64,000 bases of DNA from Flammeovirgaceae bacterium. Lineage in GTDB: Bacteria > Bacteroidota > Bacteroidia > Cytophagales > Cyclobacteriaceae. A program made the translations under genes and the position numbers. The first letter of the stretch is position 1. Each line of letters starts with the position of its first letter. The stretch spans positions 1,521 to 65,520 of the forward strand of contig JAYPLE010000010.1 in assembly GCA_038129245.1 (NCBI GenBank), given 5' to 3'. The notes beneath the pieces were generated by a model that had not been told where the DNA came from, ran no database searches, and saw nothing but the letters and a program-made list of their open reading frames with translations. Below are positions 37,416 through 45,000 of this stretch, one piece after another.

Positions 37416-38885
37416 TTATTTACTGGGATTTATCTTTTTTTGAATAATGTTGATAATTTCTGGCGACGGTTTGAATGCCCAAAATAAGACAATGAAATAC
37501 AATCCAATGATCATACTTCTTAATACCAAGTCTGCCCATGGACTGTTCATACGAGGTATTTCTGCAATCAAGAAGTAACCAAAGCCCATCGTTATCAAAA
37601 GATAAATCGTTTTCTTGGAAAACGGATCAAAACCGTACTTGACTTTCAATAAGAAGTATTTGATCGTATTGAAAATGAGGTAGGTTGTCAATGTGGCGAT
37701 CGCAGCACCTACCATACCTATCCTGGGTATAAATATGTAATTGGTAATCACCGTTAATATACCCAGACCCATGATGAGAATAACGTTAATCCTAAATATC
37801 TTGGACATAGAGATAATCTCTCCGTTGACACTGAATACCATATCTACGATCTTAGTCAGACCGATAAAGTATACTACCCAGATACCACGACTGAAAGACG
37901 CTCCATTTGGCATAATACTGTAAATATTGGGAAGGTTAAGCGTGATCAAGACAAAGAGAAATCCGCCCAAAAAGAAGAGGCTGTTTGATACATTTTTATA
38001 ATCGTTGTTGATGTCAGCGTATCTTTCCTCGTGGTATGCTTCCGCTATGATTGGTGTGGTAATTTGTGCAATTAATCTCCGAGGGAGTTCAATGACGACC
38101 GCCATATACAAAGCGGTAGAATAGATGCCGTTGAATTCAAGTCCCAAGAAGCCGCTAACCATTAATTGATCTATTTGTAAGACCATCATTATTCCGAAGC
38201 TACCTAAGATCGAATAAAGAGAGAAGCTTGCTACGTCTTTGGTAAACTCGTGATTAAAGACGCCATTGAAATCAAATTTTAAGAAGACTTTTCTGGAAAC
38301 AAAATATCCTAAACCTACTATTAGAAATACGTAGATGATGAGATGACTGTAGAGATATTTTTCAAAGCTCAAATATCCAACTCCTACCATAATCACAATA
38401 AAAAGGTGGCCTGACTTGTAAACTACCTCCCTGAAAAAATTAGGTGTGGATATATCCAATGCTGCGCGAGAAACTGCTTCTATGTAATTGAATAAAACCA
38501 TCATCCCCAGGAGGCCGTATATCAACCAAAAATAACTACCTATCTCTGGAGCATTCTCTTGGTATAAAGAGAAAATAACGTCACGGAGTAGGTATGAAAA
38601 TCCCGTAACGATCATATAAGCTAAAACCACCATCGTAAGTGTCAATCCCATTAATTGAGGGATTTGATTCTTGACCTTAGGGAAAAATCGAACAAGTGAG
38701 CCGCTGGAGCCGATAAGAGCAAGTGGTACTAGTAGCATAGCCATTGCGTTAATCGTTCTGATAAGTCCGATTTCTGCTTCCGACAAATAGAGAGGCATAA
38801 AGAGTACGATGTTGATGTACCCAATGACAATTCCAAAGTATGCCGAGATAGAGCTAAAAAAGGTCTGACGTACAACGATTCCCAT
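37416..38885 (-). CDS. Wzx-like oligosaccharide flippase (MOP superfamily polysaccharide biosynthesis protein)
   Basis: 489 aa with about 12-14 TM helices throughout. It is the first gene of the glycan operon. Confidence 0.7.
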   Translation of the reverse strand: MGIVVRQTFFSSISAYFGIVIGYINIVLFMPLYLSEAEIGLIRTINAMAMLLVPLALIGSSGSLVRFFPKVKNQIPQLMGLTLTMVVLAYMIVTGFSYLLRDVIFSLYQENAPEIGSYFWLIYGLLGMMVLFNYIEAVSRAALDISTPNFFREVVYKSGHLFIVIMVGVGYLSFEKYLYSHLIIYVFLIVGLGYFVSRKVFLKFDFNGVFNHEFTKDVASFSLYSILGSFGIMMVLQIDQLMVSGFLGLEFNGIYSTALYMAVVIELPRRLIAQITTPIIAEAYHEERYADINNDYKNVSNSLFFLGGFLFVLITLNLPNIYSIMPNGASFSRGIWVVYFIGLTKIVDMVFSVNGEIISMSKIFRINVILIMGLGILTVITNYIFIPRIGMVGAAIATLTTYLIFNTIKYFLLKVKYGFDPFSKKTIYLLITMGFGYFLIAEIPRMNSPWADLVLRSMIIGLYFIVLFWAFKPSPEIINIIQKKINPSK

Positions 38886-38904
38886 TTAAAATAGATATAC
38901 AGAA

Positions 38905-38912
38905 CAAAGCTA
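38905..38912 (-). promoter_or_regulatory. candidate -7 promoter box (TAnnTTTG) for the glycan operon
   Basis: The minus strand reads TAGCTTTG, ending 19 nt upstream of the flippase ATG (38885). Motif match only. Confidence 0.3.
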
Positions 38913-39001
38913 AACTTATTCAGATATTTAGTCAGGCTTGTGGCATAGCTTAAGAAAATTTATCTTTCGTAGCTTACTATTGTATCTGATCACACTGTTG
39001 C

Positions 39002-40135
39002 ATGTTCGAAATCCCCTTATCACAACCTGAAATTTTGGAAGAAGATCTAAGTGCAGTTAATCAGGTTTTACGATCTGGTCGGTTGGCTTTTGGTGACGTT
39101 CAAAAAAGCTTTGAAAGGACTTTTGGTCAATTTTGTGAGGTAGACCATGCTTTAGCAGTTAGTTCAGGAACTGCTGCATTGCATTTAGCAGTAGAGCTTT
39201 CTGGAATCCGGGAAGGCGATGAAGTAATAGTAAGTCCTTTTTCGTTTATTGCCTCCTCAAACGTTGTATTGTATCAAAATGCCAAACCTGTTTTTGTTGA
39301 CATTGAGGAGGACACTTTCGGTATTGATCCGGCATTGATTCCTTCTGCAATTTCTGAGGATACCAAGGCAATATTACCCACGCATGTTTTTGGACATCCT
39401 TGCAAAATTGAAGAGATAACTTCTTTGTGTAAACTATATGATCTTACCCTTATTGAAGATAATTGTGAGTCGCTGGGTGCTAGTGTAACCACCAAGATGG
39501 GTGAGAAGAAAGCGGGACAATTTGGAGATTACGTTGCTTATGGTTTTTACCCTAATAAGCTGTTAACCACAGGAGAGGGGGGTATGCTTGTCATTAAAAA
39601 CGATACTCAATTGGAATTAGCAACTGCATTAAGAAATCAGGGAAGAAGTAATATGGGAGGCCTTCACCTGAGGCATGAAATTTTGGGTTACAACTACAGA
39701 TTGAGCGATATGCAATCAGCATTAGGCCTTTCACAATTGCTTAGATTGAAAGATACTGTTTCGAGGAGAAATGTAATTGCTAGTAGGTATACTGAGCTTT
39801 TGCAAGATGTGGAAGGTGTACAAGTTCCAGGCACAGTGGAAGGGTATTACCCTGCCTGGTTTGTATACTGCATAAGAGTAAGTGAGGAAATAAGAGATCC
39901 TTTAATTGAGTTTTTAGCTAAATCGGGGATACAAACTCGGCCATACTTCTACCCTCCAATCCACTTGCAGCCATTTTATCGCGAGCGTTTCGCTACCCAA
40001 GTTGGTGATTTTCCGGTTGCAGAGAAAGTAAGTAAAGAAATCTTAGCATTGCCGTTTTTTAATCAGCTATCGGATGACCAGATGGAGCGGGTCGTAGCAG
40101 CAGTTAGAGCAGGGCTTGAGTGCTTGTCAAATTAG
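39002..40135 (+). CDS. DegT/DnrJ/EryC1/StrS family PLP-dependent sugar aminotransferase
   Basis: 377 aa. AVSSGTAALHLA and GFYPNKLLTTGEGGM (PLP Lys region). Divergent from the glycan operon. Confidence 0.9.
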   Translation: MFEIPLSQPEILEEDLSAVNQVLRSGRLAFGDVQKSFERTFGQFCEVDHALAVSSGTAALHLAVELSGIREGDEVIVSPFSFIASSNVVLYQNAKPVFVDIEEDTFGIDPALIPSAISEDTKAILPTHVFGHPCKIEEITSLCKLYDLTLIEDNCESLGASVTTKMGEKKAGQFGDYVAYGFYPNKLLTTGEGGMLVIKNDTQLELATALRNQGRSNMGGLHLRHEILGYNYRLSDMQSALGLSQLLRLKDTVSRRNVIASRYTELLQDVEGVQVPGTVEGYYPAWFVYCIRVSEEIRDPLIEFLAKSGIQTRPYFYPPIHLQPFYRERFATQVGDFPVAEKVSKEILALPFFNQLSDDQMERVVAAVRAGLECLSN

Positions 40136-40881
40136 AAAAACCAAAGTTTGATAGCCAGTGCTGTAACAGCTAGGATCAGGAATATTCTGATGTATTTATC
40201 GTCCTTATCAACAGACCATCTGCTGGCAAACCAGCCACCCAATGCGGTTCCCCCAGCCAAGCAGAGTCCATATTCCCACCTAATTTTATCTTCTACAATG
40301 AATACAATCAAAGCCAGTGAAGTGTAACATAGTACGACAAAGACCTTCAGGCTGTTTGTTTTGGCCATATTGAGTCCGTGGATATTTGTGAGTACTGCGA
40401 TGATTAGGAAGCCAATGCCTGCTTGTATGAACCCACCGTAAAGTCCAACACCGAAAAATAGTACTATACTGCTGACTATTCGCTTCCTTGTAAAAAGCTC
40501 TTCAGTCTTGATCTTAAAAAGCATTGGTTTTATGACAGTTAAAACAATAACCACGATCATTACAATGGCAAGAATTTTATTGAAAAGATCACCGGATATT
40601 TCAACTGCAATATTGGCCCCAATAACCGCTCCAACCATAGCAGAAGCAGCTATATAATATCCATAAGGAAAGACGGAGATTCCTTTGCTTTTAAAGCCTC
40701 TAACCGCGAAAATGTTTTGAAGGAAGATTGCTACTCTGTTAGATGCATTGGCTTCTGCGGAAGGCAATCCCAAGAAAATAAGAAGTGGAAGTGTAATAAG
40801 TGAACCGCCTCCGGCTAACGTATTGATTATACCAGCAATAATTCCCACGCCTAGAAGCATAAGGCCTTCAAAAATGCTCAT
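40132..40881 (-). CDS. TauE/SafE family sulfite/anion exporter
   Basis: 249 aa with 7-8 TM helices. INTLAGGGSLITLPLLIFLG is typical of the TauE/SafE (DUF81) family. Confidence 0.75.
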   Translation of the reverse strand: MSIFEGLMLLGVGIIAGIINTLAGGGSLITLPLLIFLGLPSAEANASNRVAIFLQNIFAVRGFKSKGISVFPYGYYIAASAMVGAVIGANIAVEISGDLFNKILAIVMIVVIVLTVIKPMLFKIKTEELFTRKRIVSSIVLFFGVGLYGGFIQAGIGFLIIAVLTNIHGLNMAKTNSLKVFVVLCYTSLALIVFIVEDKIRWEYGLCLAGGTALGGWFASRWSVDKDDKYIRIFLILAVTALAIKLWFF

Positions 40882-41375
40882 AGTATTAATTTATTTTCCA
40901 AAACTTCACACCGTAATTCATCTTTACATTCTTCAAGAAGTTGTTGATTACTTTTTTTTAGCTCTGGATGAAGAAGTTTAGGGGATAACTCAACTAAAGG
41001 CTGAAGCGTGAATCTTCTTATGGGTATGCCTGAATGTGGTATTGTAAGATCATCTTTACTAGTGATTACATCGTCGAAATACAGTATATCTATATCAATT
41101 ATGCGCTCGCCCCACTTAACTATTCGTTTTCTACCCATTTTTTTTTCTATTGCTAAACATGCTGTTAGAAGTTGTTTTGGTTGCAGCGAAGTTTGAACTT
41201 CTAATACCACATTATAGAAGTTCGGCTGTTCTTTAATTCCCCAAGGCTCAGACTCATAGATAGATGAACTTCGCTTGATTTCTATGTGATGTTCAGCGAG
41301 GAGGTTAACGGCCTTTTGAAGATTATTGAGTTTGTGACCCAAATTGGTGCCTAACAATAAATATTTACCTTCCAT
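40878..41375 (-). CDS. folK: 2-amino-4-hydroxy-6-hydroxymethyldihydropteridine diphosphokinase
   Basis: 165 aa. YESEPWG, RIIDIDILYF and IPHSG motifs of HPPK. Confidence 0.9.
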   Translation of the reverse strand: MEGKYLLLGTNLGHKLNNLQKAVNLLAEHHIEIKRSSSIYESEPWGIKEQPNFYNVVLEVQTSLQPKQLLTACLAIEKKMGRKRIVKWGERIIDIDILYFDDVITSKDDLTIPHSGIPIRRFTLQPLVELSPKLLHPELKKSNQQLLEECKDELRCEVLENKLIL

Positions 41376-41426
41376 AGATGTCCGAAAGAATATCGTAAAA
41401 CTAATCGTCTTTCATCTATCGAATGT

Positions 41427-41434
41427 TAGTTTTG
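41427..41434 (+). promoter_or_regulatory. candidate -7 promoter box (TAnnTTTG) for sppA
   Basis: TAGTTTTG lies 23 nt upstream of ATG 41458. This supports the downstream start for sppA. Motif match only. Confidence 0.35.
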
Positions 41435-41457
41435 TCATCTTTAAATCAATCCTATTC

Positions 41458-43200
41458 ATGGCATTCTTGCGTAATCTACTAGCCACTATAATCGGCTTAT
41501 TTATCTTTTCTTTTCTGGGTTTTTTCATGTTTGCGGGAATCATTGCTGCTACAGGGCAGGAAGAAAAACCTACTGTTAGTGAAAATTCAGTAATGACACT
41601 TAAATTATCGGGTGTATTGCAGGAGCGAACGATTGATGATCCTCTTGAGGAGATCTTTTCTGATTACTCCGTCCGGGCACACAGCCTTCAGGGCATACTC
41701 GCCAGTATTAGCTCAGCAAAAAAAGATCACAAGATTAAGGGGATCTATCTAAATCCTCAATTCTTGTCGGGCGGTTATGCCTCTCTTCAGGAGATTAGGG
41801 ACGCGTTGGAAGATTTCAAGTCCTCCGGTAAATTCATTTATGGGTACGGAGAATATCTTAGTGAGGGAGACTATTACCTTATGTCATCGGCTGATTCTAT
41901 TGTACTGAATCCTGAGGGAAGTCTGGAATTTAACGGCCTTAGCGTAAACATTACTTTCTGGAAAGGTATGTTTGATAAACTGGGAATTGAGCCACAAATC
42001 TTTAGAGTGGGAGAGTTTAAAAGTTATGTTGAGCCCTTTCAACAAAAGGAAATGAGTGATGCCAATCGGCTTCAATTGATGTCGCTTCTGAACTCGATTT
42101 ATGGAACCTCTTTAAAAAATGTATCGGCGAGTAGATCCATAGATGTCTCTGAGCTACAGGAAGTCTCCAATGAGCTAAAGGTTCAACTACCTGAAGATGC
42201 TGTATCATTTAAACTAATTGATCGATTAGGATATAAGGATGAGGTCATGCAAATGATAATGAAGGAGATAGGGGAGGATGATGTTGACGATGTGAATTTT
42301 ATTAGCTACGACAGGTACGAGAAGACCATATCCAATGATTATTCATCCAATAAGGTGGCAGTGATTGTTGCCCAGGGAGATATTGTAATGGCAGGAGATG
42401 CAAACACATCCATTGTTGGGTCAAAGATTGCCGCAGAAATTAGAAAAGCAAGAGAAAGCAGTAGTGTAAAGGCAATAGTGCTGAGAGTAAATTCACCAGG
42501 AGGTTCTCTCACTGCTTCTGACATTATTTGGAGAGAGGTGCAGAAGACAAAGGGGGTAAAACCAATTATAGCTTCAATGTCAGATGTTGCTGCTAGTGGA
42601 GGGTACTACATTTCGATGCTGTGCGATACTATTGTGGCACAGCCAAATACAATAACGGGATCAATAGGGATATTCGGTATGCTATTTAATCTCGATCCGT
42701 TTTTATCTGAAAGGATTGGCATAACACATGATGTAGTCACAACAGGAGAGTATTCAGATATAATGACTGTGACGCGAAATCTAAGCAATTATGAAAAGAG
42801 TGTAATACAAAAAGGGGTTGATAAGGGTTACCAAACATTTATTTCTAAAGTCGCAGAAGGAAGAGGAATGGACCTGCAGTCAGTTAGGATAGTGGCTAGC
42901 GGACGAGTTTGGTCAGGGATACAAGCAAAGGAAAATGGACTTGTAGACGTTCTTGGAAGCTATGAGGATGCAGTTACGTTAGCAGCAGAAAAGGCAGGTA
43001 TTTCTGATGATTATCGCGTTTCTGTTTATCCAAAACAGCAACCTTTCATTCAGGAATTGGTAAATCGGCTAACAGAGGAGGTGAAAGTTCGTTGGCAGGA
43101 CCCATCCTTGAAGGTGTTTGAACCCTATCTTGAGGAGATGGATAAACTTAATAGCATGCAGGGAATTCAAGCCAGATTGCCTTTCGAATTGCAACAGTAA
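41458..43200 (+). CDS. sppA: signal peptide peptidase SppA, 67K type
   Basis: N-terminal TM (LLATIIGLFIFSFLGFFMFAGII) and two S49 peptidase halves (second: RVNSPGGS ... MSDVAASGGYYIS). ATG 41458 is preferred. ORF-track start 41344 would overlap folK. Confidence 0.9.
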   Translation: MAFLRNLLATIIGLFIFSFLGFFMFAGIIAATGQEEKPTVSENSVMTLKLSGVLQERTIDDPLEEIFSDYSVRAHSLQGILASISSAKKDHKIKGIYLNPQFLSGGYASLQEIRDALEDFKSSGKFIYGYGEYLSEGDYYLMSSADSIVLNPEGSLEFNGLSVNITFWKGMFDKLGIEPQIFRVGEFKSYVEPFQQKEMSDANRLQLMSLLNSIYGTSLKNVSASRSIDVSELQEVSNELKVQLPEDAVSFKLIDRLGYKDEVMQMIMKEIGEDDVDDVNFISYDRYEKTISNDYSSNKVAVIVAQGDIVMAGDANTSIVGSKIAAEIRKARESSSVKAIVLRVNSPGGSLTASDIIWREVQKTKGVKPIIASMSDVAASGGYYISMLCDTIVAQPNTITGSIGIFGMLFNLDPFLSERIGITHDVVTTGEYSDIMTVTRNLSNYEKSVIQKGVDKGYQTFISKVAEGRGMDLQSVRIVASGRVWSGIQAKENGLVDVLGSYEDAVTLAAEKAGISDDYRVSVYPKQQPFIQELVNRLTEEVKVRWQDPSLKVFEPYLEEMDKLNSMQGIQARLPFELQQ

Positions 43201-43242
43201 GTTACTTTTCCATTTCATTATTTACACATACGAATCAACCAA

Positions 43243-44217
43243 ATGAATTTAAGAAACGACTGGTCTAAAGATGAGATATTTGATATCTATCATAAGCCTG
43301 TTTTGGAGCTGATCTACGAAGCAGCCAGTATACACAGGGTAAACAACGATCCCAGCGAAGTTCAAGTTTGTACATTATTATCGATCAAGACAGGAGGGTG
43401 CCCAGAAGATTGTGCCTACTGTCCTCAGGCAGCAAGGTATCATACCGAGGTAAATGTGCATAAGTTGCTTGACATTGAGATGGTGCTGGAAAAAGCACAA
43501 AAAGCAAAGGAAGCTGGAAGTACGCGCTTTTGCATGGGAGCAGCATGGCGGGAAGTTAGAGATAACAGCGACTTTGATAGAGTAATCGAAATGGTTAAAG
43601 GTGTAAACAGTATGGGGATGGAAGTTTGCTGTACCCTTGGAATGCTCACAGACGGGCAGGCAAAGAAACTAAAAGAAGCAGGCTTGTATGCCTATAACCA
43701 TAATCTTGATACAAGTGAAGAACATTACGAAGAGATTATTTCAACCAGAACCTATAATGATAGGCTTGAAACATTAGAGAACGTACGTAATGCTGATATA
43801 TCTGTTTGCTCAGGAGGAATCATTGGAATGGGCGAAACAGCTGAGGATAGAATAGGGATGCTACATACCTTATCTAATCTTCCACAGCATCCTGAATCTG
43901 TTCCCGTCAATGCGCTAGTACCAGTACCTGGTACTCCATTGGAAGATCAACCTAAAGTAAGTATTTGGGAGATGGTGAGAATGATTGCTACTGCTAGAAT
44001 CATCATGCCTAAGGCATTGGTACGCTTGTCTGCAGGTAGGGTTAGAATGACTGTAGAAGAGCAAGCTTTATGCTTTTTAGCTGGAGCAAATTCGATTTTT
44101 GCTGGTGACGAACTCCTTACAACATCTAATCCAGACGTTGACCATGATAAAGAAATGTTTCAGACACTTAACCTTAAACCAAGGGAATCCTTTAAAGATG
44201 CAATGGTTACAGTGTGA
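43243..44217 (+). CDS. bioB: biotin synthase
   Basis: Radical-SAM [10 protein letters not shown], plus later CCTLGM and SGGIIGMGE motifs. Confidence 0.95.
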   Translation: MNLRNDWSKDEIFDIYHKPVLELIYEAASIHRVNNDPSEVQVCTLLSIKTGGCPEDCAYCPQAARYHTEVNVHKLLDIEMVLEKAQKAKEAGSTRFCMGAAWREVRDNSDFDRVIEMVKGVNSMGMEVCCTLGMLTDGQAKKLKEAGLYAYNHNLDTSEEHYEEIISTRTYNDRLETLENVRNADISVCSGGIIGMGETAEDRIGMLHTLSNLPQHPESVPVNALVPVPGTPLEDQPKVSIWEMVRMIATARIIMPKALVRLSAGRVRMTVEEQALCFLAGANSIFAGDELLTTSNPDVDHDKEMFQTLNLKPRESFKDAMVTV

Positions 44218-44242
44218 ACCCGGTAAGAAATTGAATAAAAAT

Positions 44243-44272
44243 AAAAAAGGGAATCGTTTGATTCCCTTTTTT
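44243..44272. terminator. bidirectional intrinsic terminator (bioB and the convergent hypothetical gene)
   Basis: A6 tract, stem gggaatc/gttt/gattccc (44249-44266), then T6. It lies 26 nt after the bioB stop and 26 nt after the convergent gene stop. Confidence 0.75.
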
Positions 44273-44297
44273 GTACATCTCTATCTCTCGGATTAGA

Positions 44298-44777
44298 TCA
44301 CATTCCAAACTCTAATCTTACCTTTTCCTTGTAAAAAGCCATTAATTGGTTAGGGTCTTTTATTTCCCACAGTATGGCTTCCACCTTCTCTGTTTCTTGG
44401 TACCTAATATTGAGTGCAATATTCAATATGTTGTCAAGCTGAGCCTTTGCCTCGTCTTCTGTCAATGAACCCTTCTTGATCGCTTTTTTCATATATTTAC
44501 TTACTTTCTTGCATGAATAATATATCGAAGGTTTCTCTACAATTGTATTCCTATTTTGTGTGAGCTCATCTTCGATCATGTAAGTGTAACTCTCTTTTAA
44601 TAGTAAGAATTTTTTTGCAATGTCTTCACCGAGAAAGTGTTCTTTTAACCCATTGATGTCTTGAATTTCATTCTGCTCTTCCATATTGTAGCGAAAGCTG
44701 AAGGAATCCTGACTTTGTGCTGCAATAGCTGATGATATAAAGACACCCACCAATATGCTTTGTAACATCTTCTTCAT
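44298..44777 (-). CDS. secreted protein of unknown function
   Basis: 159 aa. Signal peptide (LVGVFISSAIAAQSQ). Lys/Glu-rich helical body. No family recognised. Confidence 0.55.
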   Translation of the reverse strand: MKKMLQSILVGVFISSAIAAQSQDSFSFRYNMEEQNEIQDINGLKEHFLGEDIAKKFLLLKESYTYMIEDELTQNRNTIVEKPSIYYSCKKVSKYMKKAIKKGSLTEDEAKAQLDNILNIALNIRYQETEKVEAILWEIKDPNQLMAFYKEKVRLEFGM

Positions 44778-45000
44778 TTACCTCTAATTTTTATGTTCTC
44801 TCTAGGAAACAGGTTTACTTTTTTACAAATATAAATTTCATCAATTATGAAATCAAGTGATAAACTATCTAAGTGATATGTTTTGTTCGAAAAAATGTTG
44901 AAAACTTTGTGACAATAGTAACAATATTCCTTAAACGATAGATTCAAGAGAATCTTCGAACTTATGACTGGTATTATTTTACTACCAATAGCAAGATTTT

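Noticed and set aside
28912-38885. Low-GC signature marking the glycan operon as horizontally acquired.
   Set aside because: My spot counts on five 60-nt lines gave 33-47% G+C, overlapping values from lines elsewhere in the window. This is inconclusive without a computed sliding-window profile, so no claim is made.
41344-41457. N-terminal 38-codon extension of the SppA ORF overlapping folK on the opposite strand.
   Set aside because: The extension has no signal or TM logic, whereas ATG 41458 is followed at once by the expected TM helix and preceded by a TAGTTTTG -7-like box.
44935-44965. Hairpin agattc/aaga/gaatct downstream of the 973-aa gene as its terminator.
   Set aside because: The stem is only 6 bp (about 9 with a bulge) and no T-rich tract follows on the minus strand. 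The support is too weak to annotate.
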